Assembly: GCA_051362555.1 (NCBI GenBank)
Contig: CM120640.1
Span: forward strand, 62,722,788 to 62,786,787
Reading direction: 5' to 3'
Origin: Lingula anatina
Taxonomy: Eukaryota; Animalia; Brachiopoda
DNA: 64,000 bases
Positions 52,101 to 64,000 of the stretch are shown here, piece after piece. Within the stretch, counting starts at the first letter, position 1. Each line of letters starts with the position of its first letter. The translations under genes and the position numbers were made by a program. Under the pieces are notes generated by a model that saw only the letters and a list, made by a program, of their open reading frames with translations, did not search any database and had not been told where the DNA came from.

Positions 52101-53020
52101 TACTTTCACTTTCTTCACACGCATGTTTACAAAAACAAATCAGTATTCCAAATTCTTGATTTTATTTCAAACTAAAAAGCACTGAAAGTGGACAGCCCTC
52201 CGTCAAGTCAGCTCAGTTCTCATTGCTAACCTATTAATTTATTAATGGATCACCATCAAAATCTGATCAATTAAGGTAGCCCATTTCTGAACTATTGTGA
52301 AAATCTTATCAATATCCACCTATACCTTCATGAATTAGTCTGTTAAATAACAAACCAACATAGTCTTGGCAGAGGTAAGAGGAAAAAATAGACAAAGTAC
52401 AAGTAGTTCTAATAATACTAAATAGTCACTGGTCTCTCACTGGCTTTCCTTTTTGTTTTTCAGAAATATATAATTATAGTAAAATATTTAACATTCAAAA
52501 TAATAAATTTTCAGATTACAGTTTTGAAAATTTCAAATATAACATCATTTAATCACTTCTTTCCAAGGCTCATTCTAGCATATTTTATTTATGTCATGAG
52601 AAAGAGCTCGTGTTAAAAAAATTTAAATGTATTGTGTAGCTTACAATGATGTGACAGTGTAAGCCTTCTGCTTGTCTTGAAACTACCAAAATCTCATTAA
52701 TATGTATACAAACATTTACATAACTGTTTCTAAATTAAATATTATATTTGTAGAGAAATATGTACTAATTACATTTACCTACACAGCTTTGTACTAAGTG
52801 CAACCTTAGCTGTCAAACAAAACATCAAACCAGTCCAAGGTTGCAGTCTCCTTCATGGTACAAAGTAAATAGTAATGTTGAAAACAAAAGACAAAGCAGC
52901 AACACTGCAATTGATAACCCATGCCACAGCGCAATCAAAATCTGCCAGTTTGAAAAGCTTCAGGTTACATTGTACAGTTTATGTTTTAGTCAGCAATGAA
53001 GCAAACACCCTGTTATCCAC

Positions 53021-53237
53021 TAATCAAAACATATCATGGGGAATTTTTTCAGTGCTTCTTTGACTGCTGCTTTTACATTTTGTTAAATAAAAAGTACCTA
53101 ATCCACCGCTCTTCCTATTTCTAGAACATTAATCAAAACATATCATGGGGAATTTTTTCAGTGCTTCTTTGACTGCTGCTTTTACATTTTGTTAAATAAA
53201 AAGTACCTAATCCACCGCTCTTCCTATTTCTAGAACA
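53021..53237. repeat. Exact tandem duplication, 109-bp period, two copies, in the presumed HECA 3' UTR
   Basis: TAATCAAAACATATCATGGGG...CTATTTCTAGAACA at 53021-53128 and 53130-53237. Confidence 0.95.
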
Positions 53238-54301
53238 ATTACAGAAAAGGCACATTTTAAGCAATCACACAGCTTTCCACAATCGATAAGGAAAAAAAAG
53301 AAGATACAAAAATGTACATTTGTTGAAAAAAACAACATGAAGAGATGTAGTCTCTTCTGACATAATATTTTAAAAATTCAAGACTACTCCCAACAAAATG
53401 ACCAAACAACTGCTTACATGATCTAGGGTCCAAATCAGGCACAGTATAAGTTTCTTTGATCTGATCTGACCCATATAACAGATGAAAACAATTCAACTGA
53501 AAGGTATTGTTTCAGACTATAAATCATGACACCTGCGAAAAGTCAAAAAGTAAATTACTAGCTTAATATATACATGGTTTAAGAGGAAATGTTCCTCCAA
53601 TGCTACAATGTTTGCAAAAAAATGACCAAATATAGCCACACTTGTACGTGTGTGTCTACACAGTGGAATCTGACACAGTAAAGCTGAATTTGCATAAGTA
53701 TGTAAATAATTTAGCAAACAATTACTATATATTTCTGCTGCCTGTTGAGAGACAAAGTAATCAGGATCATTATTTACACAGCAATCTAAGCTTAATGGTT
53801 TATAATGCTGGCCTTTTAAAGCAGATCTATCCGAGGTTTCCTTTCAAGACTTCATTTGCTAAATCTTCCATTTAAAACACATGATGGACTTCACAAATGA
53901 TACTATATTATACTTAGCAGCTAGCTTAGGATAGCTTTGGGAAACTTTACACCTGGAATCCTAGTAAAAGTTGTCATCGAGTTTATCAAATGATAGTGAA
54001 AAATCTTGACAGAGTTTCAACATACAATTTTTGAAATGATGATTTTAAAGTTTCTTTCATCATTTGCATAGCTTACACCATATTTGTAATCTTTACCACC
54101 TTTACAATAACCATTGAGAAAAAAAGTTCAAAACTGCAAGCTTAAACACAAGCTCGAGGGGTTATAAAAATGCTGTAGTAAATGTTCATCTGTTGCATAT
54201 CTGCACAGGTAAAAATACAAGAAAAAATAGCCTACCTTACATATATCTTATATGCTGACACAGGAGGTTTTGTATATATCAAATTAATGACTCTAGTTTA
54301 A

Positions 54302-56085
54302 TCAACAGTTCCATATAGTTTGCTGCTTTGCCAGGAAGCATTCCTGAAGTGGTTTGACAAAATGGTAATCTTGGTTCTTACATGCTGGGCATGATATACT
54401 GCGGCTGTACTGACTGTAGAACTGTAGCCCTCCCGTGGAAGCATCTAGGATGATACGACGACACGATTTGCATGTCAGGCGCATTTGGCAGCATGGCATG
54501 GCAGCAAATATGTCGTAGGAATACATGCCCCCTAGCAGTAGGGTGTTACCATACCAACGCTTGCGGCATGCACAGCAACGAAGCTCACATCCCCCCTCTA
54601 GGCAGCTCATACATGCTGCATTCAAGTATTGCACTCGACCATCTGCTTCTACTTTTATATCGTTATTGTATCGCAGTGGAGACAAGAAGAAGGTGCCATC
54701 AATGAGGGGGTAACGATCAAACACAGGCAGATCACTTCCACATAACACACATGGCACAGAGGTACACTTGTATGTACTTAGGTTGGCCAGTATGAAGCAG
54801 CGCATGTCATCATTCCCATGGGGGCCTTCATCTTCCATTTTGATGTGATAGGGGTTTTGCTGGTAACGGGGAAGCGAGTTGAACGCTGTCAAGTCTGGGC
54901 GACGTTTGAAGATGTTCCCCGTGGCTGCCTGACCAGGGTCGGCAAACATGTTGTCCAACCGAGGACTGACCACTTTCTTGAGGATGTTATTGTTGACATG
55001 ATTGGTGTTGTTGTTGTTGCTGCTCCCTGTGAACAGGACTGGAGGAGTGGAGGAGAGAGGAGGACTGGAGGAGGTGGGAGAGATTGACCCTGTGCTGCCT
55101 AGGCTTCCAGCACGTATACGTACATGTAAATTTGGTTTGTTGGTATGATGGCCATATCCACCATTGCCATTGCTACCTCCACCAACATTGGCATTGCTGC
55201 TGTTGCAATGATGTTGTTGAGGCTTGCTGGAATTGTTGATAACTGGTAGGGCCTTGTCCGTTTTCTTCTTGTGTTTCTTTTGCTTCTGGGCTGTGTTGGT
55301 TTTGGGTATATAATTCAAGTCCTTGCGGAGATGCCCTTTGCCACATTTACAATCACAAGCCTTGAATGCAAGATCATAACCTTTCTTGGTCCACAGATTT
55401 TGCAAGCGCTGCTTTTCGCTCCAGCTTCTTGCTCTTCCACATGAGCGCAGGAAAGACAACACTGTCTCCTCCCAGGCATCAAAACACTCTCTGTGCATCC
55501 AATTCCCATAGGAACACTGGTCATTGTTGCACTCAACCCTTACAGCATCACCGGGATCATTAACGTTAATTGCCTCCTCTATGCTACAGCCGGTTGGCAG
55601 ACAACACATGTTTACATTTTGGTTTGTATCGTTGCCGTTGTTATCTGGAAAAAAATGTCATTTTTAAAATGTCAGTTAATACCAAAGGGGATGTTACGTT
55701 TCTATTTCCTTCATAAAAATGGCATTCGTTTCCAGGTTCAGGGACGTGCACGCTCTCACGTGTTATCATGTACAAAGCGTCACGTGCACGCTGCCGGTAT
55801 CATTTGTTCATCTCAAATATATCATTTCTACTTTTGTGACCAATATTATTAATTAAACACAAAATTTATGCTCTATATGACCTAACATGGAGCAATGGTT
55901 CTGATACTGTGACAATTTTTTTCTAATATAGACGCAGCAAATGAAAAGTGGCAACAAAGAAAAGATACTAATTATAGCTAGGGCTTTGCCTTTTTAAATC
56001 ACTTACCGGCTTCTTGTCGCACCGCATCTTCCGCGATGGCATTTTCATGAGCTTCCTTGCTCTTCCCTCGTTGATGACGAGGCAT
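54302..56085 (-). CDS. HECA: Headcase homolog, about 473 aa; exons 56085-56007 and 55644-54302
   Basis: Headcase N-domain (V.CNNDQC..GNWMH.ECF..WE..VL..L...GRARSWSEKQR.QNLWTKKGYDLAF..C.C.CG.GHL.KDL) and C-domain (YHIKMEDEG..GNDD.R.FIL..L..C..C...L.VFDRYPLIDGTFFLSP..MYSYDIFAA.PCC). Phase-1 intron G|GTAAGT..TTCCAG. Confidence 0.96.
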
Positions 56086-56350
56086 TCTGTTACTTATACT
56101 ACCAACTTGGTCGGAACACGACGCAAAAAAGCCGGAACTGTGAGCAGCATTCAACGTCGCAGTTGGATTAGGTCACCGGCTTGTGTTTATGTGCACGGTG
56201 TTTTGATCATGGAGTTGTTTTCATTCTGAAGGAGGCGTGGCTTTCGCGAAAATGGAGACTCTGATTGGCTGATGTGGATTTTCAAGGCCAAACATTTGTA
56301 GATAAACAGAGGTGCGGAACAGGAATTACCCAGGCCAGGGTATAATGTAG
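56086..56350 (-). promoter_or_regulatory. HECA 5' UTR and promoter
   Basis: CpG-rich; AGCCAATCAG (CCAAT box) at 56261-56270; palindromic E2F-like TTTCGCGAAA at 56242-56251; GC-box-like GCCACGCC. Confidence 0.55.
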
Positions 56351-56903
56351 ACAACGTTTGTTTTACTCAAGTAAATCTGACTATCATTAACACCCATCAT
56401 TTTAATAGTTAGATCTACCGGCAAATCAGATCACATAAAATAAGAAACGAGACAGTAGAACATCACTTTTCAAAAGTCGGTTAATGTATGCATTTTTATA
56501 TTATGCTGCATAATACTCTGTATGTTGCTCAATAATGTGCGGTACATAGGTCACACCACTTTTGGTCTTATTTGACACTTTACCAAGGACCTGGGTATGG
56601 CCTCTTACCTATTTATAGCGAATAACACAGACCGGCAACAAACACAATGACGGATTTGAGTGCTCATTTTGGTTTGGAAAATATAATAAAGAACACTACT
56701 AGGAATGTGTGGTGTGGAGGGGGTCCGGGGGGGGGGGGGGGTCAATTCATACAACAATTTATGTTGGGCAGAAGGAAATTACACTTTATCTGGATAGCAC
56801 AAATGGCAACTAGGTTGAAGTAGTTTTTTTATAAGGAATTAACTCTGGTGTATGAATATTTAAAATGGTAAATGTGAAAATAATAGAAACCGAATGAGTA
56901 TGA

Positions 56904-56904
<1 letters not shown>

Positions 56905-56938
<34 letters not shown>
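56905..56938. repeat. Poly(A) tract of about 34 nt
   Basis: Homopolymer run, intergenic. Confidence 0.9.
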
Positions 56939-56942
<4 letters not shown>

Positions 56943-57470
56943 CAACTCAAATGGCACTTTTTCTTTTCAACCATGTATTTCCCCATGTTATGAAAACAAT
57001 TGGTAATTTAGCTGTAATACCCTCCACATATTTTACTCTAAATGCATTATGTATATTATCAACCATATATGTATATATATCACTCACAGTTTGCTGTAAT
57101 TTTAAGGTGATGTTTAGTGTATAGGTGATGACATTTTATTTATCACCTGTACTGAATAAAAATGTGAGAGTAACAGGAAACTGTAAAAGATGGCATCTTA
57201 GCAATCGTAATAAGTTGTAATCATTTGCATACATTTTGTACACAAAATTAAATTACGTAGCACTTAATAAATGTCTAAAGGTTAATTGACAGATATGCCA
57301 TTTTAACAGGGTGTATGGGTGCATTAATCTTAACATTTTTTGGTAACAATATTTTTGGCAAAAAAAAAAAGGCAAAGATCAAAAACTTTCAGACCAATGA
57401 ATCTTAAGGATATTGTGACCACCCTTATATATAGCTGTGACTTGCAAAACCACATCTGACAATTAACTTA

Positions 57471-57690
57471 GGGATCATCCATTTTCACGTCTACAAACTG
57501 TATGTTGGGGGAGGGCTAATGTCCTCTATATGCTTTTGGAGAAAAAACAAAAATGATGATCTTCACCTCTAGGGGTGTGCTGGCAAAGGCCATTATTTTC
57601 AGCTTTTCATCATGTATTCTCTGAAGGGGGGGGGGGGGGTCTGGAAAAAGCCCACTCTTTGTAGACTTGTGAAAATGATAAAAACGAATA
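57471..57690. mobile_element. Degenerate MITE-like element
   Basis: TTA-GGGATCATCC start; inverted pair CATTTTCACGTCTACAAA / TTTGTAGACTTGTGAAAATG; internal G-runs. The right end and TSD are not resolvable. Confidence 0.35.
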
Positions 57691-58430
57691 ACATCACATT
57701 CTTCTTATTAATATAAATTTTTTGAATCTTTTTAACACCAATTTAAGACTAAGACTAACAATTCACCTTATATATGTGACTAAAATTCACATGCGAAAAA
57801 TACTTTATCACTTATCTTAGCTGGTGAATGATGTATTATATTACCATAACAGTTATTATCCACTTAAGTGTATGCTGTTTGTAGTGTTTACCAAACATCA
57901 CCGAACAATCATGACCAATCAGAAATATTTTACAAGATATATACAATACAATCTAATTACAAGCACCTCCAAGAGCAATTCTGTCTGGAATGAAATGTAT
58001 TTATAAATGCTAAGGTATTATTTAGATTCTAAATCTTAAAAAAAAAAAATTTTTTTTTGTAAAATCAAATTTTTTCTCATTTATTTTTTGGCATACTTAA
58101 CCTGCTTCAGAGAGATTATAGAAAAAAAAAGTAAAATTTTGGAAATAATACATTCGAATAGCCACAATGACTTTTTAGATGTACAATTTTAGTGATATGA
58201 AAAAAAAACTTCTCAAGGCTATGTCTGACATTGAAATTCCACTGAAACCATCCCTTCTTGTTTATGTATAAAAAATGATTTCATATTTCAGTTTTGCTTC
58301 AGTCTACTTTAATTTATTATCCCTTATGCACTCTCACAGCTGATCTTGAACTCAATCTGGAGGCATGACTTCGAGGGAATAAAAATAACAATCTGTTTTT
58401 TATTTGTGTATGAACAGTGTTCTTATGTAA

Positions 58431-58979
58431 CAGGCCTAACCAACTACCAGACTCGGCACCTAAGGATCCTGAATTAACCGATATATCGGACCACACTACC
58501 CGTTTTCAAGGTGTGTGTCAGATCGCATTTCGGAGTATCATACTCCAGAACAAATTTTGTAGGACGACTGCGGGCTCATCCACTCTCGGCTGAACAACCT
58601 TAAACTGTACTCTTACTTTAGAGTACTCTATTTCATTGTCTCTATGGGGGTATATGGAGACTTTACGACATTCGGTTTGAATGTTTTAACCACTTTTGAT
58701 AGGGCTTTTTTGCATTGTCTTAGATTAATGTGGCAGTCTAAGGTTCATCTAGGTGGCTTTCAAATTTATGCACCCGGTTTTAAAATCATATAGCGATTAA
58801 ATACCACAATCGTTTACTATCCAATCAAGGTGACAGCCGAGCGTGGGCTCATCCTGTCGGTGTTCTGACTGATACTCCGAAATGCGATCTGACACACACC
58901 TTGAAAACAGGTAGTGTGGTCTGATAAACCGGTTAATTCAGGATCCTTAGGTGCCGAGTCTGGTAGTTGGTTAGGCCTG
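58431..58979. mobile_element. 549-bp non-autonomous DNA transposon with 110-bp TIRs and 5-bp TSD (hAT5-like or foldback)
   Basis: 58431-58540 is the reverse complement of 58870-58979 with about 4 mismatches; termini CAGGCCTAACC; TGTAA duplicated at 58426-58430 and 58980-58984. Confidence 0.9.
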
Positions 58980-59004
58980 TGTAAGGTGCCTAGTTTTGTT
59001 CCCA

Positions 59005-62000
59005 CTAAGACTGGTCAGCTTCTTCTTCAATTTGTTTTAAAATTTCATTTTCTAGTTCTGCATCATCAAGGTCACTGTTTCCATCGTCAACAACTTCATA
59101 TTCATTTAATTCTCTCTGCAATTCCCGCTCCCACTCTGGTAAATGCTCCTCTGGAAAACAAAAATAAAAAATTGGTTTTCATTACGTGTACGGAGAATAC
59201 TTAAATGACAAGTAAGTACTTCAATCCCAAACGATCATAATGACAGCAAAACAATATTCATTATCTGTCTCCTGAGGAAAAGTTTTCTTTCCTCTTCTTA
59301 TTAAGCAACACTAGCACATTTTATGTGTATGGAAAAATATGGGTATGCCACAGGTATACAAATTCAATCTGCATTTTAGGTCAGAATTTATGTTTTTGAA
59401 AATAATGAAAGTTGTCCTAGGCCCACTTTGATACAAAAGAAAAGTGAAATGAGCATATCTGGTCAGACTGATCAGTCAAATAATATCAAATCAACATAAA
59501 ACTATCAATATTAGGATTTTATACAGAAAAGAAACTGCTGGATAGTGGTCAAGTAATTGAACCAAATGAATGCAATTCACAGCATACAGCTACCACATTA
59601 GCATATAAGGACAATGTGCTAAACTGACACCAACTTCCCAGATTTATTACCCAAAAATAAATTATCTGATAAGAGTCGAACCTGAGCACACAACAAAATC
59701 TATTTATAATACTGAGGTAGATCTACCATTGTTCACTGGAAATGAAAACAACACAATGTAAATATCTTGAAGATATGGAGAGAGTTGGAACCAAAGGTAA
59801 AAGGTATGAAGTATATGTGCTCACTACCGATGGCCAGGAATTTGGATCTTTTTTTTTTTAACTCTCTATATGTCAACCACTCATCTGTGCCATTTCTGTT
59901 GATGTAGCAGTATGAAACTTACATTATTTGTTGGAAAAACAAAAAAACTTTTTTAGAAGGCAAAAAACCTACATGATATTAATAAAATATTATAGTTGGT
60001 GTTCTCAATCTTAAAAATAAAAGCAGGCTGATCAAAGTATTCATAGATCCCCCCTCAAAGTGTTTCACCATAAAATACCAAAAAGCATAAATTTGCAAAA
60101 ATAATATTGTCCAAGATTGTAATATTACACATAAAATACAAATAAGGGGTCTTACTTCCTACTAAAATCTATACTTTAAAAAATATCCTAGACATTAAGA
60201 GTTTTTATTTAGATTCATTCCAAAGTCCCATTGACTCTCAACCAGGCATAAGATGTTAACAATTTATCACCCTCCCCTTAAAAACCATGAGCCAGCTTGT
60301 CAAACAATTTAATCTATGTTCAGTTCTTCTAACTTATATTCCACTCTGACAACCTGAAATGTCATAACTACTTGCTATTAAATCAAGAAATGTAGGTCAA
60401 AGTATTTCTGCATGTAACAGAGAGCAGTGAAATGTATTTGAGAAAGAAAAAAATAATAGACACAATTTTTATTTTCTATAGCAACTGTAATATATGTACA
60501 AAGGTTTCAATATCCTGCTTTCTTTTTTAAGTATCTATTCATAATTTTCAGAAGCCCGATGGCCTAGCAACTTTCTGCAATTTTTTGACTACTTGGTTCT
60601 GATGATCAATCACGCAGTCAAAGGTATTAATGCATAAAATATATACTAAGGGCGTATTCCCATAGTTTTAGATCGATCTATCCCCATGGGGAGTCTCACT
60701 AGATTACTGTCAGATAATCCGGCTTAAATGTCCGTCCCGCCTACTAGAAGCTGTAAGGGGGTAATTAACTTTCGTGCCCTCACGGCTGACAGCTATTTAG
60801 CGTGCACCCCCAGGGAGTTAGGTCGATCTAGTTTGGATCGATCTAATCTCTGGGAATGGGGTCTAAGAGGCAACTTCCTGAAAACATTCTAAATAGTTTC
60901 TCCACTTACAAGCTTTTGCTATTTGCCCAAAGCTTTAATCTCATTAGCCTACTTCTACCAACAAAGGAAAGCATTCACAGAAATCAAATCCCAAGGTAAT
61001 TAATTCTGTCACCCAAGGATCATAATAAACATAATATAACAACATATTATGCAACTAAATTTCCATTTCCACACATTAAAAAACCTCCATCTTCTATGGT
61101 TTTAATTTAATCCAAATATCTCTACACTCCAGTAAAAAAGTCATAAAAGGCAAAAAATTGGGCCATCACCAATTCAAAATCATTTTCACATGATTTTTTT
61201 AAAACTTAATTGTAATATCTCATTTTCAGAAATATTCCCCTTTAAAAAAGAAATAGTTCCACAAGCTTGTGGTTTGTGCCAATACCAAAGGAATTAGGAA
61301 GCCTGTTGCAAAGAAGCAATTCTCTAAAAAAAACCTTCCACAATACCCAGTCACCCTTGATGAACTCACCCTATTTTTCTGACTCAAGAATTTCATCCAT
61401 CAATTCTTTTTCCCAGTCCTCAACATCAGGATCAACCTCAAGATCCTCTACATCCCCATCCACATCATCTACATAATGGGGAGCACACACAGTTGTAATT
61501 TCATTGTCATGATAACAAAACAGAAACAACAGATCTAGTGGCAGCAAACCAACACTCTCTCCACTTTTAACACGACAGTAAGTAATTTGTCATTTCATTT
61601 CCGAAGAGGATGAAAAACCCTCTTGCATTTTAGTTGGTTTTTAACAGAAGAGAAAAAAAATTACCTTCAGCTGTCTGTTTGTCTTCCTTGAATCCCATCT
61701 GCTCCATCTCTTTCCTCAGGTCGTCCTCATTCAGGTCGGTCTGATAGGCATCACTAATGAACTCTGCTTCCTGTGTAGGACTGGACATGGGTAGATCTTC
61801 CTCTCCTTCCTTTTGCAGAATACTGGGGCCATCTATACAATAAAATATAAACAGAATGAAAATTCTGGATCTCCATTTTATAACATCAAAATAAGACATG
61901 ATTTTTGGAAAACATCCATGGGCCTAACTGGATGCTGTAACAGGTAATGGGATGTCACCAAAAGTTTCACTAACAGAATTATCAAAAATTAAATTTCAAT

Positions 62001-63568
62001 ATTTAATTTCCAAAATAATTCAACTGTTTTTGTCCCTTATCATACACATGCAGGAATGCTATTTCTTGATAACTAAAATGATTGATGGTCCAACATAAAA
62101 ACTGAAATAGCACACTTCACATAGATAAATATATCAGATACCTAAAATGATTTCATTTTCTGCACATTTCCCAAGGAATGAAATATCATGAGAAATTATG
62201 CTCAATGATATTTCATTTTCTGGTGAAACTCTTACTGAAAGGGCATTAGAATAATCCTGCAGACACTTCAAGAAAGTTTTTAACATGCACAAAAGTAAAA
62301 GAAACCAAATCTTTTGCTGCTACTGAACCAAACACATTACATGTTTAATATCTGACTTCAATACGTTGCTGTATACAAATCGCACTTATCTCCCTAAACT
62401 TCAAAGAGTCCAAATGTCACTTTCTAATTACTACATTTTTGCATTAATTAAAACACATTTGCAGATTTCAATGAGTCAAAAAAACTGATGAAAAAGAGGC
62501 TTAATAAATCTCTTTAAAAGGAATTTAAAAAGAAATATCATTAAAAAAACTGGAGAATGAAGAAGTGTATAGGAATGAATGACTGGTTAAGGAAAAAAGT
62601 TAAATGTAAATTCTGGAATATTTCCAGCAACATTTTAATAAAACTTTCACCCTGCATTCAAGCCAGTTGCTGCTAAGCAATCAACCCTGAAAACTATTTT
62701 GCTTTGTTGCAAACTTGACAAAGCTGTCAAAAAAAAAAAAAAAAACTTCACCAGCAGCATAATCCATGGCGCAAGCAAAACCAGCCAAGCAAAGAGCTTT
62801 TTATTTCCTCTGGTTAAGAAAGTAAGAACTGCATTCAAAAAGTAAGACCCTTGAACAGTATGTTACCAAGATGCTGAAAATAAATGCTTTCCTTTTTGAT
62901 ATTCAAGATACCCATTGCGATATTCCTTGGTTGTGCTTTTCACCAGACACCACAATTATTAGCTTGAGAGAAAAATTGGATTGTCAGCATGTCAAATAAA
63001 TATTGGCAGTAAGTATCGGTATTACCGAAAGAGCATTCACCTTGATTCTGGGCAGAAAAGGCATCTTGGACATCAGACAATTTGTCATATTCAGTGGATG
63101 AATTATCATCTGAAAATCAAGAGAAGCTATGTCTTACCATCGGGATGTCTTCAAACCCTGAAAATTCATGGGACGAAATTGGGAGGAATACAGGAGTGGG
63201 AGGGCGTGAATCTGTAGCTGAATAAACTAAAAGGCAATTTAAATGCTACAAATCCATACATGTGGAAGAAGTTGGTCCTATTTGCTTGTGGTGCATAGCA
63301 ACCCTCCTGCCCAAGTCAGCCTTTATACAAGCCGAAACCAGTGACATCAAGTGCCCTTTCAGAGTAACATGGAGAATACTTAAGAAATGGTCAATTATGC
63401 ACCTGGCTACAGTTACTTGAAAGTGACAGCCTTTATGTGGCTTAGACTACAGAAGTTTTACACTGACAAAATAATTATGAGAAAACAGGCTACCTTTCTG
63501 CCCACTGTCAGTAGATGATCTTCTTGAACTATCACTTGATTTGACTGCTAACCCTTCACCAGTAGATC
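59005..63568 (-). CDS. SYAP1: Synapse-associated protein 1 (SAP47/BSTA), 3' exons only: 63568-63494, (candidate 63109-63041), 61832-61665, cassette 61468-61370, terminal 59150-59005. The BSD domain is expected beyond the window end
   Basis: EFISDAYQTDLNEDDLRKEMEQM and EWERELQRELNEYEVV match the SYAP1 C-terminus as recalled (EFVSDAF..NLNQEDLRKEMEQL; DWEKELQQELQEYEVV). All junctions are phase 1 GT-AG. Confidence 0.85.
60650..60863 (-). mobile_element. PIF/Harbinger-like MITE, copy 3 (inverse orientation to copy 1), in the last SYAP1 intron
   Basis: Reverse-complement homology to 7675-7889 along its length; TAA TSD at 60647-60649 and 60864-60866. Confidence 0.85.
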
Positions 63569-63728
63569 CTACAGGATAGCAATATTAAAGTAAATAACCC
63601 CCATTTTACCAAGCAAACAATAATCAAGATGGCAATTCCCAACCCACCATGCTCTCAACTAATAATAATATATCAGTCATTTTACAGTATGTAACAGCTC
63701 TATATCATATTTTATTTTCCTTTAAGAT

Positions 63729-63817
63729 TTTGACTCTATCCCCACCACGATAATTCAAAAGATCTATGAAATTTGACTCTATCCCCACCACGATAATTCA
63801 AAAGATCTATGAAATTT
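63729..63817. repeat. Exact tandem duplication, 43-bp period, two copies
   Basis: TTTGACTCTATCCCCACCACGATAATTCAAAAGATCTATGAAA occurs twice. Confidence 0.95.
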
Positions 63818-64000
63818 ATTTTTTTCTCTATTTTAATGGGATAGGAAGAAGTGAAAAACTCCAGAGGTAAGAAGTTATTATGAATGGATAAAAAACTGTA
63901 AAATGGCCAATAGTTGAAACTTATTGCATATATTAATGTAATGTATGTACTTTACCATGCAGTATATACCACAACCATAGAAAATTTTGACTTAACAGTA

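Noticed and set aside
54290-54304. Stop-codon readthrough of headcase, as in Drosophila hdc
   Set aside because: The context is TGA-TTA (not the leaky TGA-CTA), an in-frame TAG follows two codons later, and both conserved domains already precede the stop.
56894-57124. Poly-lysine ORF or retrocopy tail
   Set aside because: It is a translation of a poly(A) homopolymer, with no TSD or identifiable upstream retroelement.

Overview
AT-rich, intron-containing nuclear DNA from a bilaterian invertebrate (probably a lophotrochozoan; this is inference). I assembled seven spliced genes by hand from GT-AG sites. (1) The 3' part of a class C (mGluR-like) GPCR on + with at least two tandem Venus-flytrap domains, no full cysteine-rich domain, and three candidate alternative C-terminal exons. 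(2) A two-exon F-box/LRR gene on -, head-to-head with (3) DLEC1/CFAP81 (~33 exons, +). (4) An atypical E2F7/8 with two DNA-binding domains (+). (5) Taxilin (+), tail-to-tail with (6) headcase/HECA (-). (7) The 3' part of SYAP1 (-), with a stop-containing cassette exon. Non-coding structure: three PIF/Harbinger-like MITEs with TAA target-site duplications (TSDs), two of them stacked; two CAG-ended elements with 5-bp TSDs, one forming a 110-bp-arm hairpin just past the SYAP1 stop; a HINE-like remnant; exact local duplications; and a CpG-rich/CpG-poor mosaic. The most notable items are the multi-flytrap orphan GPCR and the taxilin-HECA-SYAP1 gene trio. From recall, human splits this trio into HECA-TXLNB and SYAP1-TXLNG pairs. 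Exon boundaries are manual predictions without transcript support.
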